IMG/VR virus record: IMGVR_UViG_3300045988_104973
Reading direction: 5' to 3' (one strand)
From: a virus
Length of the DNA stretch: 13,203 nt
The notes under the pieces are model-generated. The model did not search any database. It worked only from the letters and a program-made list of their open reading frames with translations, and had not been told where the DNA came from. Of the stretch, positions 5,322-13,002 are shown piece by piece. Position 1 is the stretch's first letter. Each line of letters opens with the position of its first letter. The position numbers and the translations under genes were made by a program.

Positions 5322-5698
5322 AACAGGAAGACATTGTAGCATTAGCAAGAGCCGGATTCACAAGGGAGCAGATTGTTGCGCTTGCAGGTTTACAGCAGAC
5401 AGCACCGATTCAGCAGAGCGTTCCGGTTCAGCAGACACCGCCGGTTCAGCAGACCGTTCCGGTTCAGCAGACCGCCCAGGGTCAGCAGACAGCACCGGTT
5501 CAGCAGACAGCACCGGTTCAGCAGACCGTTCCGGTTCAGCAGAGCGAATCATCCGGTGATCCGGTTCTGGATGCCCTTCTGGGACTGCGAGATGACATGA
5601 AAAAACAGGCGTTGCTGTTTTCCTCACAGCCTGCAAACCAGACAGAAACCACGAATGACATTTTAGCATCCATTATCAACCCGAAAGGAGAAAAATAA
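5318..5698 (+). CDS. Putative scaffolding protein with QQTxPV hexapeptide repeats, 126 aa
   Basis: It is translationally coupled on both sides (ATGA upstream, TAATG downstream) and lies immediately upstream of the capsid gene. It is small and acidic/Gln-rich with a helical N-terminus (DIVALARAGFTREQIVAL). The ORF-track version starting at 4991 is rejected. Confidence 0.55.
   Translation: MKQEDIVALARAGFTREQIVALAGLQQTAPIQQSVPVQQTPPVQQTVPVQQTAQGQQTAPVQQTAPVQQTVPVQQSESSGDPVLDALLGLRDDMKKQALLFSSQPANQTETTNDILASIINPKGEK
5393..5536 (+). repeat. In-frame tandem repeat, 8 x 18 bp plus a partial ninth unit
   Basis: Units begin every 18 nt from 5393 (CAGCAGACAGCACCGGTT-like) and encode QQT(A/V/P)P(V/I). 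Units 6 and 7 are identical, as are units 4 and 8. Confidence 0.95.
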
Positions 5699-6903
5699 TG
5701 CCGAGTGATTTAACTTTTAATCAGCTTTCTACCGTGTTGACAGACATTGTAGCACAGGCTACTGGGCAGAAAGCATTAGCACCGCTTAACACTGCATCCT
5801 TTATTACTGTCGCGAAAAAAGGATTAGAAGCTGGATATGATCCTCTATCCACAGCAATTTCACAGGTACTATCCAGAACACTCTTTTCTGTAAGACCCTA
5901 TAGCAGAAAGTTCAAAGGTTTGAACGTGTCAAACCAGCGCTACGGAAGCCACGTTCGTAAACTGCTGACTATTGACAAACCGTTCGAGGATGATGACCGG
6001 TTAAAGCTGGTAGACGGGGAGTCTATTGATCAGTACCAAGTGAACAAACCGAAAGTTTTACAGACAAACTTCTACGGGGCAAACGTCTATCAGAAGTCAG
6101 TGACGATCTACAAAGATCAGTTAGACTGTGCTTTCTCCTCACCGGATGAGTTTGCATCATTCATTTCTATGATTCTGCAGAACTCATCTGATATGATCGA
6201 GCAGGCACACGAGGAAACAGCCCGTGCAACAATCGGGAATTTGATCGCTGGTATTTACGCCATAGAAACAGATAATAGCAAAACAGGCACGGCAAAAGCA
6301 ACAGGACAGAAACGCGCGGTTAATCTCCTCGCACTTTACAATCAGGAAAGTGGAAAATCTCTGACCGTTGCTGATGTGTTCAAACCAGAAAATTTTGAAA
6401 GTTTCATTAAGTTTACATTTTCGTCAATCAATACAATTGCTGATTTAATGACAGACAGAAATAGCCTGTTTTGTTCACAGCTCACAGACTATACGATTCT
6501 GCGCCACACACCGAAAAACCGAATGAAGTTCTATCTCAACTCAAATCTGGTGAACAAAATCAACTCCGAAGTCTATTCTAGTGTGTTCAATCCGGATTTT
6601 CTGAAACTGGTTGACTTTGAAACTGTTAATTACTGGCAGTCTCCACTCTCGTCAGCCGCAGTGAAAGCTAACGTCAGTGTTTTGAAAAATGATGGTACGT
6701 TAGTTGATATGCCCGATATTTCCATGGCAAGTGTGCTTGGCGTTTTGTTTGACGAAGAAGCCGCTGGCTACACAACCATGAATCAGTGGTCAAAACCTAG
6801 CCCTTTTAACGCGCGTGGCGGATATTACAATCAGTTCTGGCACTTTACGGATCGCTACTGGAACGACTTTACAGAAAATGCGGTTGTCTTCTATCTCGAA
6901 TAA
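5698..6903 (+). CDS. Putative major capsid protein, 401 aa
   Basis: It sits directly after the scaffold gene and before the tail/portal genes, and its size is typical of small-podovirus capsid proteins. The call rests on synteny; no diagnostic motif was read. Confidence 0.6.
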   Translation: MPSDLTFNQLSTVLTDIVAQATGQKALAPLNTASFITVAKKGLEAGYDPLSTAISQVLSRTLFSVRPYSRKFKGLNVSNQRYGSHVRKLLTIDKPFEDDDRLKLVDGESIDQYQVNKPKVLQTNFYGANVYQKSVTIYKDQLDCAFSSPDEFASFISMILQNSSDMIEQAHEETARATIGNLIAGIYAIETDNSKTGTAKATGQKRAVNLLALYNQESGKSLTVADVFKPENFESFIKFTFSSINTIADLMTDRNSLFCSQLTDYTILRHTPKNRMKFYLNSNLVNKINSEVYSSVFNPDFLKLVDFETVNYWQSPLSSAAVKANVSVLKNDGTLVDMPDISMASVLGVLFDEEAAGYTTMNQWSKPSPFNARGGYYNQFWHFTDRYWNDFTENAVVFYLE

Positions 6904-6936
6904 TGTTCCGCATGGACATAACAGAAAGGAGTGAAC

Positions 6937-8337
6937 ATGGCATTATCAGTTACTCTTTACACATTCTCCAAACGGCTCAACAGTACAAAAAATCCCCCCG
7001 CTGAGGGGGGATTCACTGTACAAGCCGTGCTAAAAGACAACACCTCTATCATCAGACCGGAACTGGAAGTGGTTGAAAATGTGACTGCTTATAACTATGC
7101 CTTTATCCCCGCTTTCTCCCGGTATTATTTCGTTCAAGATGTGACATGGGAAAAAGGTATATGGCGTGTTGTACTCTCAGAGGACGTTCTAGCAACCTAC
7201 AAAACGGTGATAGGTGACACAACCGCCTATATCCTGCGGTGCGCGACGTTCCAAGACCCTACTATTACAGATTTACTCTATCCGGCAACTACCGAAATTG
7301 ACACGCAAAAAACAGAATTTACCCTAGAGGATGGATGGATTGAGAATCCGACCGTGGCAAACGGCTATTATGTGGTGGGCATTGTGAATAATCTGGACAC
7401 TGCCTATGGAGCAGTTGCCTACTATGTTATGACCGGAAAAGAAATGGCAGATTTCCGTGCATACATGTTAGGAGATATCCAATCATGGGATCAGATCACT
7501 GACTTTTCCGGTGACGTTGCGAAAGCATTCATTGACCCATTTCAATATGTGGTTTCATGTATGTGGTTTCCAACGGGCGTTCCGGTTGATCCAGTCAAAA
7601 AGACAATTGCCTTTGGTTACTGGAAATCAAACCTTGAAGCGTCCGTATTATCACAGACCACACGGAACTATCCGTTTTCTTTAGCTAGACCAGACCGAAC
7701 CAACAACAAAGATATTACTTATCTCTACCGGACACCGTGGGCAAACTACTATCTGTACTTGCAACCGTGGGGTGCAGTTCAATTGGATGCATCAAAAATC
7801 GGGAAAACCGGAGTTAGTTGTAACATCACCTACGATTTTGTGAGCGGAAAAGCAATCTTAACTGTTACATCGAAATTAACAAATGATGTGCTGTACAATG
7901 GTGAAGCACAGGTAGGTGTGCAGATGCAGTTATCGAACGTAGGTTTGAATCTGAAAAGCGCTACGGGTAGTGTAAGCGGGTTGATCGAAGCGGCGAAAAA
8001 CTCCCTCGGCGGTGTAATCGGTAGCATCGGTCAGAAGTTCAGCGCAAGTAGCATCGCATCCAGCGTGTTTGCTAGTAATGCGTCCGTACAAAGCACAGGC
8101 ACGAATAGCGGCATGGCGGCAGATTCGCTCGGCGGAAAAGCCGCTCTCTTCGCAAACTACTATGAATCAGTTATGTTTGACGTAGCAGATAACGGAAAAC
8201 CGCTCTGCCAGAACCGGAAAATATCGGATTGCTCGGGCTATGTAAAAGTGGAAAACGGAGCAATCAATTTTTCCGCTACAGAACCGGAAAAGCAAATAGT
8301 AAAAGAAAATTTAGAAGGAGGATTTTATTATGAGTGA
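6937..8337 (+). CDS. Tail knob / distal tail tube protein (phi29 gp9-like), 466 aa
   Basis: RBS AAAGGAG is at 6925-6931 and the start is taken as ATG 6937. The N-terminal block (YNYAFIPAFSRYYFVQDV...LSEDVLATY) resembles my recollection of the gp9 N-domain. A Gly/Ser/Ala-rich hydrophobic loop (SGLIEAAKNSLGGVIGSIG...SSVFAS) parallels the gp9 membrane-active loop. The C-terminal tail is of the EGGFYYE type. Confidence 0.6.
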   Translation: MALSVTLYTFSKRLNSTKNPPAEGGFTVQAVLKDNTSIIRPELEVVENVTAYNYAFIPAFSRYYFVQDVTWEKGIWRVVLSEDVLATYKTVIGDTTAYILRCATFQDPTITDLLYPATTEIDTQKTEFTLEDGWIENPTVANGYYVVGIVNNLDTAYGAVAYYVMTGKEMADFRAYMLGDIQSWDQITDFSGDVAKAFIDPFQYVVSCMWFPTGVPVDPVKKTIAFGYWKSNLEASVLSQTTRNYPFSLARPDRTNNKDITYLYRTPWANYYLYLQPWGAVQLDASKIGKTGVSCNITYDFVSGKAILTVTSKLTNDVLYNGEAQVGVQMQLSNVGLNLKSATGSVSGLIEAAKNSLGGVIGSIGQKFSASSIASSVFASNASVQSTGTNSGMAADSLGGKAALFANYYESVMFDVADNGKPLCQNRKISDCSGYVKVENGAINFSATEPEKQIVKENLEGGFYYE

Positions 8338-8509
8338 GATTAAAATGTATTCACTGCCGACAACCGTGGCAGTAGCTATTCTTGTAATCGGTGGCAACTA
8401 TGGGAACGGGTCAGACCGCATCAAGCGGTTAAAAGAAGATGGCTTCGACCCGGTCAAAGTGCAGAAATGTGTAAATGACATTCTTCCTATAATCAAGAGG
8501 TATCGTTAA
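8330..8509 (+). CDS. 59-aa stand-alone CW_7 (Cpl-7-type) cell-wall-binding repeat protein
   Basis: Hand-translated as MSEIKMYSLPTTVAVAILVIGGNYGNGSDRIKRLKEDGFDPVKVQKCVNDILPIIKRYR; it is absent from the ORF track. RBS AAGGAGG at 8315-8321 lies 8 nt upstream. The pattern VIxGxYGNGxxRxxxLxxxGxDxxxVQxxVNxIL matches the CW_7 repeat as I recall it. The stop overlaps the lysin start (TAATG). Confidence 0.6.
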   Translation: MSEIKMYSLPTTVAVAILVIGGNYGNGSDRIKRLKEDGFDPVKVQKCVNDILPIIKRYR

Positions 8510-9591
8510 TGGCGGGGAATATTCAGGTGTCTTACCAGTGGGCAATTGACACCTGCAACCGAAAAAATGTAGGCTATTCACAAACTTATCGAAATCAGCA
8601 AACAGTGAACGGGATAACTTATTATGATTGCAGTTCTTTTATCTGGTATGCGCTTCTAGCATCCGGTTTTGATGTAGTAGCCGCCCATGGTGGGCAAAGC
8701 TGGCCTTTTACCACCTATGACATGGTTGGTGTGTTGGATGCTTTAGGTTTCAACCGTGTCCCGGTTGGCGATCCATGGAAACCCGGTGACATTCTGTTGC
8801 GTAACAACCAGTACGGTAACCATACGGAAATGGTCTATGATGGGCGGCGGACGATGGGTGCGCACAGTTCTACCTATCCCCCGGGGGAACAGGTGTCAAT
8901 TAACACCGGAGACAGCAATCCGGCTACCTGGGACACTTGCCACCGTTTTGGCGGTGGTGCAAGTGGGGCAAAAGGAAGCAGTGCTTATGTAGTAGCCTCT
9001 ATTTGCGGTAATTTCTGGCAGGAATCCGGCATCAATCCCGGCATCTGGCAGGACTTGCGCGAATCCACGTTTACAGATCTGTTAGTCGGATTCGGTCTTG
9101 GTCAGTGGACAAATACGGAAGGTGATACGCATGGACGTCTTTACAAATTACATGAATGGTTGATGAACAACGGCTATGCGGATGATGATGGTGTCGGACA
9201 GCTGAACTATCTGATTCACGAAAATGTGTGGTATAGCACGGAAGAAGCATCCGCCTATAAGAATCTGACTGAATTTTTGACCAGTGACAGTACAGATATT
9301 GCGGCGTTAACCCACGCATGGAACATCGGCTGGGAAGGGATTCATGACAGCTCGTGGGATGCCCGTGTGCAGTATGCACAGAACTGTTATGACTATATCA
9401 TCGCTCATGCGAATGATACATCTATCACGACCTGGGCAAAAGGTAACCGTTACCTTAGCGAATCGGAGCGTTATAACAACGCAGTGTTAATTTATCGTTT
9501 CCTCAGCACGGGGGCAACACCCGGAACAGGCACGACATTTCTGATTGCGGTTCTCAGTAAAAAGAAACGGAGGGACAGAAAGAATGTATAA
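8509..9591 (+). CDS. Two-domain peptidoglycan hydrolase: N-terminal NlpC/P60-type cysteine peptidase plus C-terminal phage tail lysozyme-like domain, 360 aa
   Basis: The N-domain has YDCSSFIWYAL (catalytic Cys), WKPGDILL and GNHTEMVY (His). The C-domain has ICGNFWQESGINP and GFGLGQWT, typical of the Phage_lysozyme2-type fold with a catalytic Glu. No wall-binding domain is visible in this polypeptide. Confidence 0.85.
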   Translation: MAGNIQVSYQWAIDTCNRKNVGYSQTYRNQQTVNGITYYDCSSFIWYALLASGFDVVAAHGGQSWPFTTYDMVGVLDALGFNRVPVGDPWKPGDILLRNNQYGNHTEMVYDGRRTMGAHSSTYPPGEQVSINTGDSNPATWDTCHRFGGGASGAKGSSAYVVASICGNFWQESGINPGIWQDLRESTFTDLLVGFGLGQWTNTEGDTHGRLYKLHEWLMNNGYADDDGVGQLNYLIHENVWYSTEEASAYKNLTEFLTSDSTDIAALTHAWNIGWEGIHDSSWDARVQYAQNCYDYIIAHANDTSITTWAKGNRYLSESERYNNAVLIYRFLSTGATPGTGTTFLIAVLSKKKRRDRKNV

Positions 9592-10498
9592 TGGCATACC
9601 CTTTTCAGCGGACTACATCAACGCGGCAAACTCGGTGATTTCACCGAGTACCGTGCATTGCCGGAATACCAGCTTATCTCTTTATTTTCAGCGGTATCTC
9701 TTACAGAAAGCGATGAGCGTATTCAAATGGGAGATGCCGCCGGAATGGTCGAAGAACTACACCCTTTATACGCTGTATTGTTGGGGCTTTTTCGCTGTAG
9801 TCAACACAGACAGGTACGGAGTGATCCCACAGGCCTGCGGACTGCGCGGATATGATGTATTCTATCAGCCAACTAACGCAATCATCACGAACCCACTCCT
9901 ATCCGGGACACTGGAACCAAGAATTGGTTTGCAGTGCGAACTGGTTCGGTTACAGCCGGATTACGGCGGCATCATGGATATTGTTACCTATTATGCGGAT
10001 ATGCTGGCTCTCTGCGCTGAATCCGTAGGAATGAATCTGGTCAACAGTAAACTTGCTTATGTCTTTGCCGCCGAGAACAAAGCTATGGCGGAAACATTCA
10101 AAAAGCTGTATGATCAGATTGCGGCGGGAAATGCAGCTGCTATCATTGACAAACAGTTATTCCGGGAAGACGGAAAGGCGAGCTGGCAGATGTTCAACCA
10201 GAACGTTGGTCAGAACTACATTGCAGATCAAGTGCTTTCGGATATGCGGAAAATCGAAGCTATGTTCTGCACGGATGTGGGCATCCCGAACGCCAACACG
10301 GACAAAAAGGAACGGTTAATCACAGATGAGGTGAACGCTAATAAGGTGGAGACACGTTCAAAGTGTGACCTCTGGTTGGAAGAATTAAAAGAATCCTGCA
10401 AGAAAGTGCGAGAGATGTTCGACATCAAACTGGATGTGGACTGGCGTTACAAAGGAGGTGTAGAAGATGGCAACGTTGAGCCTGTTAGGACTGTATAA
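9584..10498 (+). CDS. Portal / upper collar connector (phi29 gp10-like), 304 aa
   Basis: FKWEMPPEW, GIPNANTDKKERLITDEVNAN and the C-terminal DVDWRY align with the phi29 connector segments FEWENLPP, GIKNANLEKKERMVTDEV and VKFRY. The start is taken as ATG 9584 (RBS GGAGGGA, 9570-9576). Confidence 0.9.
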   Translation: MYNGIPFSADYINAANSVISPSTVHCRNTSLSLYFQRYLLQKAMSVFKWEMPPEWSKNYTLYTLYCWGFFAVVNTDRYGVIPQACGLRGYDVFYQPTNAIITNPLLSGTLEPRIGLQCELVRLQPDYGGIMDIVTYYADMLALCAESVGMNLVNSKLAYVFAAENKAMAETFKKLYDQIAAGNAAAIIDKQLFREDGKASWQMFNQNVGQNYIADQVLSDMRKIEAMFCTDVGIPNANTDKKERLITDEVNANKVETRSKCDLWLEELKESCKKVREMFDIKLDVDWRYKGGVEDGNVEPVRTV

Positions 10499-11306
10499 TT
10501 ATGATGAATCCCTTTTGGATGGACTGATCGAAAGTTTACCAAACAGATATGGGATCCCATCTGGCTATGCAGATTCCTACTACACGGATGTTATCATTGA
10601 TCCTCAGACCGTAGTGGAAAATCTGTTGGTGGAATGCGCCGAGTTTGAAATCTTGTATTCAGACTTTAACGCATTAAAGCGCATCATCAAAATTTGGTCT
10701 GCAAAAGAGAAACTGATGTGGCAGAAAATGTATAACACCATCTGCTATAAATACAACCCCATTTGGAACAAAGACGGAAAATCTGTCTGGACGGAACGGC
10801 AGAGCGCAACCGGAAAGAAGACAGAAACGGAAAAAGGATCAAAAACCACCAACGCCAATGGAACAACCAATGATGAATATACATCAACTAGCAACACAAC
10901 AAATAAAACAACCGGAACGGGTACAAATACCCGTACAGGAAGTGATGAGACAACCGGAAAAGTCAGTGCCTATGACAGCACAGATTTTCAGAACCGGGAG
11001 AAAACAAACAGCACAGCAAGCGAAAACAACAGCACCGAAAGCACAGAAGATTTCACTGGCAACGGAAAAGTAACAAATTCCGGAACGAAAACGATTGTGA
11101 ATACAGGTGATGAAACGAATAATGTTTCACGTGAAACATCTGACAACAACACGGGTGAAACAACGCATGAACAGACAGAAACCGGAAACATCGGAATCAC
11201 GTTAACTCAGAATATGATTACTGCGGAACGTGAAATCGCCATGTTCAATATCATTGATTTTATTATCAATGATTTCAAAGAACGTTTCTGTTTACTGATT
11301 TATTGA
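10467..11306 (+). CDS. Putative lower collar protein (gp11 position), 279 aa, with a Thr/Asn/Gly/Glu-rich central region
   Basis: It lies immediately after the portal as in phi29, with RBS AAAGGAGG at 10451-10458 and a 32-nt overlap with the portal gene. The N- and C-terminal regions are ordered-looking and flank a low-complexity core (aa 111-240). The call rests on synteny. Confidence 0.5.
   Translation: MATLSLLGLYNYDESLLDGLIESLPNRYGIPSGYADSYYTDVIIDPQTVVENLLVECAEFEILYSDFNALKRIIKIWSAKEKLMWQKMYNTICYKYNPIWNKDGKSVWTERQSATGKKTETEKGSKTTNANGTTNDEYTSTSNTTNKTTGTGTNTRTGSDETTGKVSAYDSTDFQNREKTNSTASENNSTESTEDFTGNGKVTNSGTKTIVNTGDETNNVSRETSDNNTGETTHEQTETGNIGITLTQNMITAEREIAMFNIIDFIINDFKERFCLLIY
11122..11139. 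repeat. 18-bp perfect palindrome ATGTTTCACGTGAAACAT, copy 2, inside the lower collar gene
   Basis: It is identical to 471-488 and lies within codons for NVSRETS. Confidence 0.85.
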
Positions 11307-11320
11307 AAGGAGAATGTGAA

Positions 11321-12760
11321 ATGGGATTATTTGATCAGTTTCCGTATACTAATTTTCACGAATTAAACCTTGACTGGCTTATTGAACGTATGAAACACTG
11401 TCTGTCTGTAGTCGATGGTGTCAATGCAAACATTGATGCCACTGTTGAACGCGAAATTGAAAAACTGGTAGAAACTGGTGAATTTGATCAGTTTCTGTAT
11501 AACATGTTCAAAGAACACACGGATAACGCAGTGTTATGGGGCGCAGACCCCACTGGAGTTGACGATTCTTCTGTAGTCATCAATAAAATGTTAAGCACCA
11601 TAGGTAGTTGCTATCTGCCGAATGGTATTTATCGCATTGACGAATCAATCGTTATTCCATCAGATGCTCGGCTGTATGGACAGAGTACGGACGGCGTGAT
11701 CTTAAAAGCATATCGAAATGGGCCCGTGGCTGTTATTAAGTCCGCAACTTATGACTTGTATCACAACACTGACACGATCAACGGCGACACCTCTTTTGAA
11801 ATTAAGGACTTGACCGTTGACGGAAACGGCCGTGGTATGATCGGTATCGCGCTTTACGGATATAAATATCACATTGCAAATGTTGACATTCGCAAATGTA
11901 CCGACGGGTTCTACAGCGAATGGGGTAGTTCGAACGGGTTCGCGGAGAACGGTAATGTTATGCACTCAGTAATCGAAAATGTAACGATCGGGAACTGTAC
12001 GTCACATGTTGCACAGTTTTTTGGACCCCATGACAGCTATATTGACAAACTAGTCGGGCATAACTGTGACTCAGGTCTGTACATTGTAAAAAAAGCAAGT
12101 AACGCGAACAGAGCGAACGGAACGGTTCTTTCCAACAGTCATATTTTCTCCATTCAGAAAACGGGAATTTATATCACAGATTACTGCTATTTAGATAATG
12201 TTGTGTCTGAATCCAACGGCGGTGACGGAATCTATGCGGAGTCTGAGTGTAAAATGTATAATTGCACGATATTTAACAACGGCGGAAACGGTCTGACTAT
12301 TGCCGCCAACATATCACAGGCGATTGTTGAAAACGCTTCTTGTTATCAGAACAAGGGAAAAGATATTGTTATCGGAGCGAATGTGAAAAACAGTATCATC
12401 AACGCTCAGACATTCAGCGCGGATTCTGGAAAAATTGCTGTGAATAGCGGTTTGCTCACAAAAGAAGCTAACAGTTATAACAATCACATCCACATCGTTA
12501 GTGCCAGTCCGTTTCATGGAATTGATTATGCACCGATGACACTTAGTACGGTGGAAATACCGGAAACTAGTCCTTATGTGAACACCACGGGGCGGTCTGC
12601 AAATGTAATTGTATACGGTTCGAATGACTGTAAACTTTTGTTTACTGGCTCGACTGTTAACATGAAAGCGGAGCAGTGTTATCCATTACCATGCGGGGCA
12701 TCAATTACGTGGACTACTAAACCTTCTAGCATATTATTGATGTATAATCCTATTAACTAG
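11321..12760 (+). CDS. Tail spike / pre-neck appendage-like receptor-binding protein with right-handed beta-helix (pectate-lyase-like) domain, 479 aa
   Basis: The N-terminal FPYTNFHELNLDWLI motif is common to Firmicute phage appendage/fiber N-termini. WGADPTGVDDSSVVINKML is the typical start of a Pectate_lyase_3-type beta-helix. Repetitive (N/D)G..I.. turns follow. The start is taken as ATG 11321 (RBS AAAGGAGA). Confidence 0.75.
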   Translation: MGLFDQFPYTNFHELNLDWLIERMKHCLSVVDGVNANIDATVEREIEKLVETGEFDQFLYNMFKEHTDNAVLWGADPTGVDDSSVVINKMLSTIGSCYLPNGIYRIDESIVIPSDARLYGQSTDGVILKAYRNGPVAVIKSATYDLYHNTDTINGDTSFEIKDLTVDGNGRGMIGIALYGYKYHIANVDIRKCTDGFYSEWGSSNGFAENGNVMHSVIENVTIGNCTSHVAQFFGPHDSYIDKLVGHNCDSGLYIVKKASNANRANGTVLSNSHIFSIQKTGIYITDYCYLDNVVSESNGGDGIYAESECKMYNCTIFNNGGNGLTIAANISQAIVENASCYQNKGKDIVIGANVKNSIINAQTFSADSGKIAVNSGLLTKEANSYNNHIHIVSASPFHGIDYAPMTLSTVEIPETSPYVNTTGRSANVIVYGSNDCKLLFTGSTVNMKAEQCYPLPCGASITWTTKPSSILLMYNPIN

Positions 12761-12761
12761 T

Positions 12762-12785
12762 AAGAGGGGCATAAGCCCCTCTTTT
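12762..12785. terminator. Bidirectional intrinsic terminator between the convergent late operon and the right-end gene
   Basis: AAGAGGGGC (12762-12770), loop ATAA, then GCCCCTCTT (12775-12783), a 9-bp stem. T residues follow on the + strand and the A-rich 5' flank supplies Us for the - strand transcript. Confidence 0.75.
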
Positions 12786-12987
12786 AAATTAAGCAGATGA
12801 TTTTATCGCTGTTTTTGTGGAAGAAGATTTTGAAATAATCTACTTCCATTTTCATATATGCGGGATTTTTTTCAAAACACCCACTCACTGTATCTTGATA
12901 GATACTCTTATTATTCATGTCTGTTATTACAACTAGCGAACCGTTTTTCAGATTGCCACATGCTAATAATAAGTCCCGTAATGTCAT
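12784..12987 (-). CDS. Small right-end early protein (67 aa), paralog of 200-382
   Basis: The start is taken at MTLRDLL (ATG 12987-12985), with RBS AAAGGAGA 5 nt upstream. It is the only leftward gene and is driven by the right ITR promoter. It shares the N-terminal and EVD(W/Y)F blocks with the left-end protein. Confidence 0.7.
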   Translation of the reverse strand: MTLRDLLLACGNLKNGSLVVITDMNNKSIYQDTVSGCFEKNPAYMKMEVDYFKIFFHKNSDKIICLI

Positions 12988-13002
12988 AATATTCTCCTTT
13001 CT

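Noticed and set aside
5393-5536. Regularly spaced 18-bp repeats as a possible mini CRISPR array
   Set aside because: The units are directly abutting with no spacers. They are in frame within a coding sequence and far shorter than CRISPR repeats.
5358-5669. 103-aa minus-strand ORF and 75-aa plus-strand ORF (5373-5600) with repetitive SAEP / FSR sequences
   Set aside because: They are artefacts of the 18-bp tandem repeat staying open in several frames. They have no RBS, and the in-frame QQTxPV reading is translationally coupled to its neighbours.
7547-7570. 10-bp direct repeat ATGTGGTTTC-ATGT-ATGTGGTTTC, partly resembling a half-site of the 18-bp palindrome
   Set aside because: It is short, lies inside the tail-knob coding sequence (YVVSCMWFP) and is not palindromic. 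Chance plus codon usage can explain it. It is mentioned only as a weak possible half-site.
9545-9583. Upstream alternative starts in the track: TTG 9545 for the portal, TTG 11303 for the tail spike, GTG 6931 for the tail knob, GTG 5118 for the membrane protein, and ATG 13020 for the right-end gene
   Set aside because: In each case an ATG a few codons downstream has a correctly spaced GGAG-type RBS, and the longer form does not. The 13020 start would translate the palindrome. For the portal, the basic extension (RFSVKRNGGTER) was tempting as a pRNA-binding patch, but it has no RBS.
8756-11073. Plus-strand alternative-frame ORFs 8756-8992, 9658-9855, 10053-10319 and 10858-11073
   Set aside because: They are fully embedded out of frame in the lysin, portal and lower-collar genes, and none has an RBS. 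The last one arises from the low-complexity region.
1175-12517. Minus-strand ORFs of 61-104 aa nested inside plus-strand genes (1175-1390, 2204-2413, 3034-3252, 3155-3469, 3597-3797, 3862-4092, 5036-5221, 7830-8027, 9071-9379, 10228-10428, 10687-10887, 10988-11200, 11702-11965, 12314-12517)
   Set aside because: All are antisense to long, motif-supported genes, lack Shine-Dalgarno sequences and have odd compositions. No minus-strand promoter is visible apart from the right ITR promoter, whose transcript should stop at 12762-12785.
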